From Deltaproteobacteria bacterium (GTDB lineage: Bacteria; Myxococcota_A; Polyangia; JAAYKL01), in contig JAFGWT010000273.1 in the NCBI GenBank assembly GCA_016937015.1, positions 22,878 to 86,877 of the forward strand: a stretch of DNA of 64,000 nucleotides, in the 5' to 3' direction. The notes below the pieces were generated by a model that did no database searches, was not told where the DNA came from, and worked only from the letters and a program-made list of their open reading frames with translations. This document shows positions 49,226-58,724 of this stretch, one piece after another. A program made the position numbers and the translations under genes. Every line of letters starts with the position of its first letter. Position 1 is the first letter of the stretch.

Positions 49226-50477
49226 CATCCTGTTATATTTGGATCCCGGTTCCGGAAGTATGTTGCTCTCGGCGGTGGCGGGCATTATTGCAACGCTCTA
49301 TTTCCTGATAAAAGGGGTATTCTTCAAGTTGCTCAATATGCCCGCATATCTGTCGGGAAAAAGAACAAAATCGGCTATCAAAGACAAAATTGTGTTTTAT
49401 TCAGAGGGCGGCCAGTACTGGAACGTTTTCAAGCCCATTATTGAAGAACTGAATCACCGCGAAATATCCTGCCTCTACCTTACAAGCAAAGAGAACGACG
49501 AAGGTCTTTCGTGCGGACTTGATCACGTTAAAACGAAGTATATTGGCGAGGGAAACAAAGCCTATTTCGTTCTCAATACGCTCAGTGCGGAACTGCTAAT
49601 CATGACCACGCCGGGAGTTGATGTTTTGCAAATCAAACGCAGCAGAGGTGTAAGGAAATACGTACACATAACCCATTCGGCCGGTGGTTGCAGCGGATAT
49701 GCCACCTATGGTGTAGACTATTACGATGTGGTCCTGACAGGAGGAACCGGCGACAAGGCAATGATTGAGGATTTGGAACGCGCTCGCGGCACTCACAAAA
49801 AAGATATTAGAATCATCGGATGCACATATCTTGATGTTCTCAGAAAAAAACTGCGTGAAACCGATGCTGAGCTTTATTTTGAGCGCGTTCGACCCACCAT
49901 TATGCTGTCGCCCACGTGGGGATTGCACGGGTTGCTCAGAAAATCCGGTGAAACTATTTTAAAACAGCTCACTTTGCTCGACAGGTACAATATAATTGTC
50001 AGACCGCACCCCCAGGCGTTTATTTCAGATAAAGATGTAATGGAAAAACTTACGGCACTGTTTCCCGACAGTGAAACCTTACGGTGGGATAACGCGCCTG
50101 ATGGCCTGAATTCAATGCGCCAGTCCGATATGATGATTAGCGATTTTTCAGGGGTTCTGTTTGATTACATTTTCCTTTTTGAAAAGCCGGTGCTGTCATT
50201 TAAAGGACATTATGACAAAAGAGGCCACGACTCGATGGACCTCAGCGATGACCCATGGAATCTGCGCATGCTTGAAAAAACAGGCCTCTCAATTAGCCAC
50301 GATGATCTGAGCACATTGCCCGACATTGTGGAGAATCAGCTCAAAGGGGGCACAGCGATAAGCACCTTTCTCGATGAACTGCGTGATGGGATGGACAAAT
50401 ATCCCGACCTTTCCGGTATTCGCGGCGCAGACGCTGTTGAGTCACTCCTCATGGCAAACGATGCGCAAATTTCCTGA
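49179..50477 (+). CDS. TagB/TagF-type CDP-alcohol phosphotransferase (Glyphos_transf family)-like protein
   Basis: LSPTWG..(TagF YAPTWR-like), IVRPHPQ, MMISDFSGVLFDYIFL (TagF ITDYSSV.FD-like); start overlaps upstream gene (49179 or 49215). Confidence 0.7.
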   Translation: MMSWIRRNGSALMLNSILLYLDPGSGSMLLSAVAGIIATLYFLIKGVFFKLLNMPAYLSGKRTKSAIKDKIVFYSEGGQYWNVFKPIIEELNHREISCLYLTSKENDEGLSCGLDHVKTKYIGEGNKAYFVLNTLSAELLIMTTPGVDVLQIKRSRGVRKYVHITHSAGGCSGYATYGVDYYDVVLTGGTGDKAMIEDLERARGTHKKDIRIIGCTYLDVLRKKLRETDAELYFERVRPTIMLSPTWGLHGLLRKSGETILKQLTLLDRYNIIVRPHPQAFISDKDVMEKLTALFPDSETLRWDNAPDGLNSMRQSDMMISDFSGVLFDYIFLFEKPVLSFKGHYDKRGHDSMDLSDDPWNLRMLEKTGLSISHDDLSTLPDIVENQLKGGTAISTFLDELRDGMDKYPDLSGIRGADAVESLLMANDAQIS

Positions 50478-50660
50478 CTGTTGTTTCGAATATCAGCAGG
50501 CACGACACAAGCCGCGCATTGCAGAACGACCGGCGAGAAAAGTTTTACTCCCTCAGCACAAAAAAAAATGATTTCGAGATTGACTGAATCCGCTTGAACT
50601 GAAAATATGCCACCCTCGTGATTCTATGGATGTTCAACCTATTATTTAAAGGAGAGTGCC

Positions 50661-51530
50661 ATGTATAAAGTAATCGTAGCGAGTGCTGTTACCCTGCTGC
50701 TTGTTGCATGCAATAAACCATGCCCCGAATGCAAACAGGAAGAGCCTCAAAAAGTGGAAGTTACCAAAAAAGAACTGAAAGATCTCAACGATAAGTTAAA
50801 TTATTCAGTGGGTTACGACGTCGGTCGCTCCGCCGCCCGAAACCAGATGGAACTCAAGGACGAAATATTCCTCAAAGGCGTAAAAGACGGCATGAACGAC
50901 GAAGAAAATCCCGAAGCCGCACTCATGGATGATAAAGAGCGCATTGAAACCAAGCGTGAGCACTCCAAAATCAGAAGAGAAGAAGAGCGCAAGCAACGGG
51001 AAGTCGAAGCGGTTGAGAATAAAAAGAAAGCCGATGCCTTCATGGCTGAAAACAAAAGCAAGGAAGGCGTAATCACCACCGAAACGGGTCTCCAGTACAT
51101 CATCGAAAAAGAGGGTGATGGTCCCAAACCCGCCATGGAAGACAGAGTGTCGGTTCACTACAAGGGGACACTCATTGATGGTACAGAGTTCGACAGTTCC
51201 TACAAACGCAACCGCCCGGCAACGTTCCCGGTGGGCCGTGTTGTCAAAGGCTGGACCGAAGCGCTCCAGCTGATGCCTGTAGGATCCAAATGGAAGCTGT
51301 TTATCCCACCGGATTTGGGATATGGCGAACGCGGCGCTGGCTCAAAAATCGGTCCCAACAGCGCATTGATTTTCGAGATTGAACTGCTTGAAATCATCAG
51401 TGGCGAAGAAACTGCCCCGGGGGCCCCAGCGGCATCCGGAAAACCAGCCCCCCCCAAACCGGCTGCAAAAAAATCGCCAGTTGCACCAGCCCCGGCGGCA
51501 GCCGCTGCTCAGCCTGCTGCTGCTGAATAG
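50661..51530 (+). CDS. FKBP-type peptidyl-prolyl cis-trans isomerase lipoprotein (FkpA/Mip-like) with Ala/Pro-rich C-terminal tail
   Basis: Lipobox LLVAC; FKBP core [52 protein letters not shown]. Confidence 0.8.
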   Translation: MYKVIVASAVTLLLVACNKPCPECKQEEPQKVEVTKKELKDLNDKLNYSVGYDVGRSAARNQMELKDEIFLKGVKDGMNDEENPEAALMDDKERIETKREHSKIRREEERKQREVEAVENKKKADAFMAENKSKEGVITTETGLQYIIEKEGDGPKPAMEDRVSVHYKGTLIDGTEFDSSYKRNRPATFPVGRVVKGWTEALQLMPVGSKWKLFIPPDLGYGERGAGSKIGPNSALIFEIELLEIISGEETAPGAPAASGKPAPPKPAAKKSPVAPAPAAAAAQPAAAE

Positions 51531-51667
51531 CAACAGAGATTACTGAATTTCCCGTATCCATCTCCCATTTTTTCCCTGAAAAACCAAATCTGCCGTTGCA
51601 AAACAAAAAATATTCTCTATTATCCGCAGGTCTTTGGTCGCACTAACCTGATAAATACCAGCCACTA

Positions 51668-52063
51668 ATGGAGCGAACTCAAATGAAACTAAACTTCGAT
51701 AAACTGGGAAACGGTCTGCTTCCCGCGATTGTGCAGGACTTCGAATCCGGAAAAGTGCTCATGGTCGCGTTTATGAATCAGGAAGCCTTCGACCACACTG
51801 TGAAAACAAAAAAAGCCACTTTCTACTCCCGCTCACGCAACCAGCTCTGGGTCAAAGGCGAGAGTTCCGGAAATATTCAGGAAGTGAAGGAAATATACGT
51901 CGATTGTGACGAAGACACCGTGCTGGTTAAAGTGAATCAGATTGGAAACGCCGCCTGTCATAAAGGATACAATTCCTGCTTCTACCGGAAGCTTGACGAC
52001 AATGGGGCGCTTAACATTGTAGAGGAGCTCGTGTTCGATCCGAGCGAGGTATACAAAAAGTAA
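51668..52063 (+). CDS. hisI: Phosphoribosyl-AMP cyclohydrolase (standalone HisI)
   Basis: [27 protein letters not shown] metal-binding segment; 131 aa. Confidence 0.85.
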   Translation: MERTQMKLNFDKLGNGLLPAIVQDFESGKVLMVAFMNQEAFDHTVKTKKATFYSRSRNQLWVKGESSGNIQEVKEIYVDCDEDTVLVKVNQIGNAACHKGYNSCFYRKLDDNGALNIVEELVFDPSEVYKK

Positions 52064-52075
52064 GGGAGGGTTGAC

Positions 52076-52951
52076 ATGAGCCGTACACTTAAACTGGGTA
52101 TCCCCAAAGGCAGTCTGCAGGAAAGCACTGCTGCACTTTTCGCCAAGGCTGGTTATCACATCACTTTTCGTTCAAGAAGCTATTATCCGTCCATTGATGA
52201 TAAGGAAATTGAATGCATGCTCATCCGGGCACAGGAGATGTCCCGATATGTTGAAAACGGTATTCTCGATTTGGGACTGACCGGGCTTGACTGGATTGTT
52301 GAGAATGGATCGGATGTGGCAGAGGTTGCGGAGCTTGAATATGCCAAGGCCAGCTATGGGAACGTACGCTGGGTACTCGCGGTGCCCAACGATTCGGATA
52401 TTAAGGGGCCAAAGGATCTCGAAGGAAAAACCATCGCCACGGAAGTGGTCAATTTGACCAAAGAATATCTGAAAAAACATGGTGTAACCGCTAAAGTCGA
52501 ATTTTCCTGGGGGGCGACCGAAGTCAAACCGCCCAAACTGGCCGACGCGATAGTGGAAATCACCGAGACCGGTTCGTCGCTCCGAGCCAATAATCTTAAA
52601 ATCATTGACGACATTCAGGTCTCCACCACCCGTCTCATCGCCAACAAAGAGGCAATGAAAGATGAGTGGAAAAGCGGAAAAATATCCCGCATTGCATTGA
52701 TGCTCGAATCCGCCATTCGCGCCCGCAGTTTTGTGGGCGTCAAGCTCAACTGCTCAGTGGATGCCCTCGATAAAATCATCGAATTACTGCCTTCGCTCCA
52801 CAACCCCACAGTATCGCATCTGACAGATGAAAACTGGCGTGCTGTGGAAATCATTGTGGAAGAGTCGATAGTTCGCACACTGCTTCCCCGGCTGAAGGAA
52901 GCCGGTGCAGAGGGCATCATTGAGTATCCGATCAATAAGATAATTCCCTGA
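52076..52951 (+). CDS. hisG: ATP phosphoribosyltransferase, long form with C-terminal regulatory domain
   Basis: [19 protein letters not shown]..; 291 aa; GGAGG RBS. Confidence 0.85.
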   Translation: MSRTLKLGIPKGSLQESTAALFAKAGYHITFRSRSYYPSIDDKEIECMLIRAQEMSRYVENGILDLGLTGLDWIVENGSDVAEVAELEYAKASYGNVRWVLAVPNDSDIKGPKDLEGKTIATEVVNLTKEYLKKHGVTAKVEFSWGATEVKPPKLADAIVEITETGSSLRANNLKIIDDIQVSTTRLIANKEAMKDEWKSGKISRIALMLESAIRARSFVGVKLNCSVDALDKIIELLPSLHNPTVSHLTDENWRAVEIIVEESIVRTLLPRLKEAGAEGIIEYPINKIIP

Positions 52952-53026
52952 ATTGATTCTTTTTCAGATCATTTCCATCCAGCAAAAAGTTTCGGTCAAA
53001 ATCAAGCTCTGTGATATAGTTGCCCA

Positions 53027-53452
53027 ATGATGTTTGGGCGATGCCATCAACTCCAGATTCTCGCAATACTCATGTGTGTTGAATTGCTTTCAGTTTCCGC
53101 CTGCGCCCGAAGCTACCATCCAGGCGCCCGTCTTTCTGGAATTGCCGCGTATTACGCTGATAAATTTCAAGGCCGCAAGACCGCCAGTGGCGAGGTGTAC
53201 GACAAAAACCAATTTACTGCCGCGCATAAAACCCTCCCCTTTGGCACGAAAGTAAAAGTGACGAATTTATCGAACATGCAAACCGTTATCGTCAGAATCA
53301 ACGACCGCGGGCCGTTTGGGGACCGAAAGCGCATAATCGATTTATCGCGTGCCGCAGCGGAGCAGCTGGATATGATTCGTCAGGGAATTATCGAAGTTGA
53401 AGTTGAGATACTCGAAATGCCGGAAAAACAGGCGAAGAAATCAGAGAGTTAG
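53027..53452 (+). CDS. rlpA: RlpA-like double-psi beta-barrel lipoprotein
   Basis: GIAAYYADKFQGRKTASGEVYD..TAAHKTLPFGTKVKVTN..VIVRINDRGPF; signal peptide. Confidence 0.7.
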   Translation: MMFGRCHQLQILAILMCVELLSVSACARSYHPGARLSGIAAYYADKFQGRKTASGEVYDKNQFTAAHKTLPFGTKVKVTNLSNMQTVIVRINDRGPFGDRKRIIDLSRAAAEQLDMIRQGIIEVEVEILEMPEKQAKKSES

Positions 53453-54466
53453 CTTTCGAATCCATCCGTGCACGTCAGCGTCGATGCCAAGCTGAATGTT
53501 CACCAGCCGGTTATACAGTTTGGTGCAGTATTCCCCTGGGTTGTCGTCGGCACAGTAAACGACTTCCCTGTCTCTCCAGGTGATGGATTTGACAGGCGTT
53601 ATCACCGCAGCGGTGCCACAGCACCCCGCATCAACAAAGTCAAAAATTTCCTCAACAGGCACTGCCCGACGCTGGGGTTGCATGCCCATATCTTCAGCGA
53701 TCTGAATCAGGGACATATTCGTAATGGAGGGCAACACGGAGCTGCTGGCCGGGGTAACGTACTGCCCGTCTTTGGTAATTCCAAAGAAATTGGCAGGACC
53801 GGATTCGTCCAGATATTTCTTTTCTTTGGCATCGAGGTAGAGCGCCTCGGTAAACCCGTTGTTTTTTGCTTTGATACTGGCGCGCAATCCTGCCGCATAG
53901 TTTCCCCCAACCTTGACATCTCCCACGCCATTGGGGGCAGCGCGATCGAACAACTCCTCGACGACAAGGGTCACCGGTTTAAATCCCGCTTTAAAATATG
54001 GACCAACCGGAGTGACCATCACGATAAACATATATTCGTCGGCTGGACGCACGCCGATGCGCGGCCCGGTGCCAATCATCAACGGTCGAACATACATTGT
54101 CGCCCCCGTGCCAAATGGGGGCACGAAACGGCGGTTGGCAGCCACCACGCGATCAATTGCATCCTGAAACATCGCCGCGGGGACTGGCGGCATATAAATT
54201 TTTTCGCAGGACCGAATCATTCGGCGGGCATTCTCAATATCCCGAAAGACAACTACATCGCCATTTTTCTGTTCATAAACTTTCAGGCCTTCAAATGCTT
54301 CCTGACCATAGTGAAGACAGGAAGCGGCCATGTGCATGGGAATATACTCATCGCTGCTGAGTACACCATCACCCCACTCCCCATCTTTCCAGGTGTAGCG
54401 AATATTGAAATCGGTTTTCCGATATGTAAATCCCAGGTTTTTCCAATCCAAATCGACCCGTTGCAT
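53441..54466 (-). CDS. ilvE: Branched-chain amino acid aminotransferase (fold-type IV)
   Basis: ..EGLKVYEQKNGDVVVFRDIENARRM..; 341 aa. Confidence 0.85.
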   Translation of the reverse strand: MQRVDLDWKNLGFTYRKTDFNIRYTWKDGEWGDGVLSSDEYIPMHMAASCLHYGQEAFEGLKVYEQKNGDVVVFRDIENARRMIRSCEKIYMPPVPAAMFQDAIDRVVAANRRFVPPFGTGATMYVRPLMIGTGPRIGVRPADEYMFIVMVTPVGPYFKAGFKPVTLVVEELFDRAAPNGVGDVKVGGNYAAGLRASIKAKNNGFTEALYLDAKEKKYLDESGPANFFGITKDGQYVTPASSSVLPSITNMSLIQIAEDMGMQPQRRAVPVEEIFDFVDAGCCGTAAVITPVKSITWRDREVVYCADDNPGEYCTKLYNRLVNIQLGIDADVHGWIRKLTL

Positions 54467-54590
54467 CCAGTTACTCCAAACTACGTTAATATTCCATCAA
54501 AGCCATTACAAAGCGGCATCATTTACCATCCCATACCATCCCGGTTTCTGCATGGCTGATGGGGCCAAACGTTATAAAATGACGTATCGA

Positions 54591-55466
54591 TTATTTCAAT
54601 CTTTTTAATGCATTAAAGCTTAACTCCCGCATCTGGGAATTCTGATGCCCAAGCGCCAGCATTTCAAGCCAGGCCACGGCGTCTTCTCCGCCAATGCGTG
54701 ACAGTACCTGAATACACCTTGCCTCCACTTCAATGCCCCCCCCCTGTGCAATCTCAATAATCCGATTGGCGTGCCGCTGATCCGCCAGCTCGGATGCTGC
54801 TTCAACCGCGGCCTGCCCCACCTCAATCCGGGGATCATTCAATAATTCAATCACCTTGGAGGCGGCAAACTTTTTCCGGTATTGCTGAAGTAATGATAAT
54901 GCCAGAATCTGTTCGTCGGGTTCAGGAGACTTAAGCGCTGCCACCCATCGCTTTGCCGTACCGTTACAGATACGGATATGAGATGCCAGTCCACGCTGAA
55001 GGTCGGTCATCGCCCCCAGAACCAGACGATTCCGTTTTTTTGGATCTGTGCCGTCTATTCTGCCAAGCACCACAACTTTTACCGGAAGATGTACTGCCGC
55101 AGACATATCGCTGTATAAAAAACGCCCTTCGAGCATCATTTCACTCTGATCATATCGGGGGTCATCGCTCCGGACAGTAATTGTTGTCAAAGTGCCGCGA
55201 ACAAATAGAACCGAAACACCTTCCTGTGCCAGTCGGGGGAGTGGCGTGACTACTTTTGTTTTTAAAAGCTGCTCAAAAGATGCATTTGTAATGGCTCCCG
55301 AATCATCGTGCCATTCCCGAATGTTTAAATCAAATTCGTCCTCGCCGGTAATGGGGTTGAACTTTTCACATCCAGCCGTCAGTCCACCAACGACAATCAG
55401 GGCTATTAAAAGGGGCCACGCTGAGCGACTCGCTGAGGTGGGATATGGTGCAGTATTATGCGTCAT
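54591..55466 (-). CDS. HEAT-repeat lipoprotein
   Basis: Lipobox GGLTAGC; C-terminal HEAT/PBS-like repeats (LLNDPRIEVGQAAVEAASEL..). Confidence 0.5.
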   Translation of the reverse strand: MTHNTAPYPTSASRSAWPLLIALIVVGGLTAGCEKFNPITGEDEFDLNIREWHDDSGAITNASFEQLLKTKVVTPLPRLAQEGVSVLFVRGTLTTITVRSDDPRYDQSEMMLEGRFLYSDMSAAVHLPVKVVVLGRIDGTDPKKRNRLVLGAMTDLQRGLASHIRICNGTAKRWVAALKSPEPDEQILALSLLQQYRKKFAASKVIELLNDPRIEVGQAAVEAASELADQRHANRIIEIAQGGGIEVEARCIQVLSRIGGEDAVAWLEMLALGHQNSQMRELSFNALKRLK

Positions 55467-55503
55467 TGCTTCAGATTCATTTCAAAATCATTTCAGAGTT
55501 ATC

Positions 55504-56421
55504 TCATTTGGGGGAACCGGCACAATCGTCCAGCAACCGATGCAATGCCTCATTTCCTGTTTCATCAAAATCAGACCGATAATTATGCCCCGCGCCACCC
55601 ATGTCAACATATACGGAAATTATCCCGGTTTTTTTAATTCTCTTTTGCAACACCGGAATTTTTGAACGATTTGCGGGTGTGCTCATTGCCAGTCCTATCC
55701 GATTGACACCGTTCCGCTTCATGCCTTGCAGGTATCTTTCCATCTGTTTTATACCGCCCTCAATTATAAACACTGTTTCAAATTCGCCGGGCTGCAATTG
55801 AACGATTTCAGGCAACAAAATTGCGCCAAGGGAAAATCCCACCAAAACGGTCCCCTCCAGACTAATAGCGCCGGGAAAACGATTTTGGAGAGCGATAAGT
55901 GCCGCGTTCATCTCTTTGGAAACCTGTCCTGCACCACCTCGATACGTCCAGCGATCTTCCTCGAGCGTGGCATAAGGTGTGCGGACACCGCGGGGACACA
56001 GCACCCATCCGTACCACGACGCGACATCCCGCCACATTTCGCATTGCCATTCGGGTCGATCAAAATTACCGTGCAGCACAATAACCACAGGCATTGGCGT
56101 ATTCGACTCTGTTGACGGTGTCACAAAAGATGCGTCGTTAAATCCAGGCACTGATAGTCTCTGCGGCGCCGTCAGCACCGGAAACAGAGAACCAGCAGAG
56201 GAATCGCCGATCGGGTCTGGTCCATTATTCGGTTCAACAATCCTCCTGGGTGTACCATTTTGCGGATTCAACTGGGCTTCAGCGGGAACATGTTGCGCGG
56301 GGTAAGGCATATCCAGAGGCTCAGCCAGATGCGGTTCATTGCCATCTCCGCTCCCGCTGCCACAGCATGGCCAACTGAACGCCGCGAATGCGAAAATAAC
56401 GATTCGGATACGACATTTCAT
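55504..56421 (-). CDS. Secreted alpha/beta-hydrolase (esterase-like)
   Basis: Signal peptide; nucleophile elbow GFSLGA; VIVLHGN oxyanion-region. Confidence 0.6.
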   Translation of the reverse strand: MKCRIRIVIFAFAAFSWPCCGSGSGDGNEPHLAEPLDMPYPAQHVPAEAQLNPQNGTPRRIVEPNNGPDPIGDSSAGSLFPVLTAPQRLSVPGFNDASFVTPSTESNTPMPVVIVLHGNFDRPEWQCEMWRDVASWYGWVLCPRGVRTPYATLEEDRWTYRGGAGQVSKEMNAALIALQNRFPGAISLEGTVLVGFSLGAILLPEIVQLQPGEFETVFIIEGGIKQMERYLQGMKRNGVNRIGLAMSTPANRSKIPVLQKRIKKTGIISVYVDMGGAGHNYRSDFDETGNEALHRLLDDCAGSPK

Positions 56422-58448
56422 TTTGCCGCCGCAAGATCTCTCAGCGCGCCATACTTGTGATTTCGCTCGGGAAAGTTAATATCATCGGTGAGTCCAAAAC
56501 TTCCATATCGCGTGTAGGCACTGCTCAAAATAAAGTGCATCGCCATTGCTCCACCTAGCTCAAGAAACGCGTCGCCATAATTGTATTTAAGAAGTTCCCC
56601 CATTCCAGAATCTCTCTCAGCGCTGATAACGTTATCAATGTTTGTCAGATTTCCAAGTTCCGGGTGGCCGCCGCCCTCATAAATGAAATATCCGCCAGCC
56701 AGTCCCCAGTCTCCGGCGGTGGTTATCCATTGCATTCGTCCGGCTTCATTCACCCCATCGGTTTCATCAATCTGCGCTGCAATATCATCGCGGGCCAGTG
56801 CCAGAATATCTGCAATACTTTGCCCGTCTTCCATTGGCATTGAAAAGTAGGCCTGACTGGCAATACCATACAAATAATTGGCCGGCTCACCGATATTGTC
56901 GCGAATGTATTCCAGCATGGGAACCACCCACCATTTCAGCATTGGTTTGTGACTGCACAAAATCGGGCGGATCCGTGTATTGATAGCCCCCTGCCCCATT
57001 ACTTCTCCAAAAATGTCTGCCAGTTCAACGGTTCGGCGCGCATGATTCTCATGTTCGCCAATTCCGAGGTCATCTGCCTGCGCCAGGTTCCAGGGCTGTT
57101 GCGGAAAAATGCTATTCCAAACTTCGTTGGAGTTTTCCACGTAAACATTCAGGTCACTGTCCAGTGTGTCGGCGATAAGTTGTGCCAGATTTCGCACGTA
57201 GTCCTCGGTGGCACTGTTCGGTATGCATATCCAAATGTCCTTTCTGAGCATGTTCCCAAGCGCAATGACATATTCCCATGCCGCTGCATCATACTTTCCA
57301 GTAGAATCGAGTCTGGACTGAGATGCATCGTCCGGAAGTTTTCGCATGGCCCATTCGGTGACTTGCGGATACGTTTCTTCCACGTCATTTGTACCCACAA
57401 ACGGCATAAACCGGATAGCCTCAAACGCAATCCCCTGCAAGGCCGCAATAAACGCATCAGTAAAGATTTTATCGGTATCAGGCGGATAGCCCGGACGATA
57501 CATTTTAAAATCCGTGAATCCGCTTTCACCAGTATCTGATGCGGTGCGTCTGGTCTCTGTAAAGTCAATGAGCACAAACCCGTATCCAGCCCCTGAGGCG
57601 TCTGGAATAACAAAATCAAATGTCGTTGTGTTCGTCGCCGTATCGTAATTGAGATTCTCAACAGTCCCACCCGAGTTGCCCGACACATTTGCCTGCCCTT
57701 TAAATGAACACTTATACGTTCCGGAGATATTAATGCGATATTCCTCGGGATCGTCAATTTCACCTGCCCATTCCGCCACGGGGCGATTGTCCCACACAAA
57801 CTGGGCGTCCACTTTAGGCCATCCTTTGCTGTCCACCTGTGAAGCGGTTAAGTCGCTTCCACCTGTATTCCAGCGGTAATTCTCCTTCACCACATCCACG
57901 AATGTACCGCCGCGTTCCGGAAAATTTAGATTAATGCCAATGCCTGTGCGGGGCGGCAGCATCAGGGACACGGTATCGCTGTCACTGTCGTTGACCGTGA
58001 TAGTCTCGGTTTCTGAGTCATTTCCACTGTCAGTGCCATTTTCAAAAGGATCACCGGTACTGCTGCCAGTGTCTGCCTCTGTTCCCGTATCCTGTCCCGT
58101 CTCCGTATTTGAATCATTAGCTGTCACGATGTCGGATTCGCTGTCGGTGCTGTTTAAAGCTGTATTTGAATCATTAGCTGTCACGATGTCGGATTCGCTG
58201 TCGGTGCCGCCCAGGACTGTGTCGGCGGAACGACTGTCGGTCTCATTGGTTATATCTGAAACCGTTCCCGTATCCTGCCCAATGACCGTATCATTGTCGG
58301 TGGGAGTAGAAATTGAGTCATTAGAATCATTCACAGTCTCCGAATCGGCCACAGTCTCCGAATCGGTGGTACCGGAAGAACTACTGCCACTGCAGCCAGC
58401 GAACAGAAACACGCCAGCCAATCCCAATAATGCTAATATTTTTTTCAT
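56418..58448 (-). CDS. Secreted lipoprotein: acidic S/T/D-rich repeat linker plus clan GH-A-like glycoside-hydrolase domain
   Basis: AGAGG RBS and lipobox LFAGCSGS; YVENSNEVWN (NE acid/base-like); start overlaps esterase gene stop (ATGA). Confidence 0.55.
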   Translation of the reverse strand: MKKILALLGLAGVFLFAGCSGSSSSGTTDSETVADSETVNDSNDSISTPTDNDTVIGQDTGTVSDITNETDSRSADTVLGGTDSESDIVTANDSNTALNSTDSESDIVTANDSNTETGQDTGTEADTGSSTGDPFENGTDSGNDSETETITVNDSDSDTVSLMLPPRTGIGINLNFPERGGTFVDVVKENYRWNTGGSDLTASQVDSKGWPKVDAQFVWDNRPVAEWAGEIDDPEEYRINISGTYKCSFKGQANVSGNSGGTVENLNYDTATNTTTFDFVIPDASGAGYGFVLIDFTETRRTASDTGESGFTDFKMYRPGYPPDTDKIFTDAFIAALQGIAFEAIRFMPFVGTNDVEETYPQVTEWAMRKLPDDASQSRLDSTGKYDAAAWEYVIALGNMLRKDIWICIPNSATEDYVRNLAQLIADTLDSDLNVYVENSNEVWNSIFPQQPWNLAQADDLGIGEHENHARRTVELADIFGEVMGQGAINTRIRPILCSHKPMLKWWVVPMLEYIRDNIGEPANYLYGIASQAYFSMPMEDGQSIADILALARDDIAAQIDETDGVNEAGRMQWITTAGDWGLAGGYFIYEGGGHPELGNLTNIDNVISAERDSGMGELLKYNYGDAFLELGGAMAMHFILSSAYTRYGSFGLTDDINFPERNHKYGALRDLAAAK
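58105..58207. repeat. Perfect 57-bp tandem duplication (2 copies; 46 nt identical core) encoding TDSESDIVTANDSNT
   Basis: gtatttgaatcattagctgtcacgatgtcggattcgctgtcggtgc occurs at 58105-58150 and 58162-58207. Confidence 0.9.
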
Positions 58449-58724
58449 ATTTACCTCTTTTGTGAACAGGATAAACATCATCGTATCATTAAAATCAGGC
58501 AAATGAAAATCAGGCAAATGCAGTAAAGCGAAATGAATTGGCGGCAGTATACAGGAGGGAAAGATATAGCGTCACTCGTGGGAACGTTCCAGATTTTCAA
58601 CCCAGTACCGCTGCGTTACCCATTTCATCCTTTACACCTGGCGCCAATAGTGCCAAAGATGAGCCGTTAACTCTGAAAAAGGAAGCCCCTGATTATCAAC
58701 AATTTCGGTCAGGCTGAATTTAAA

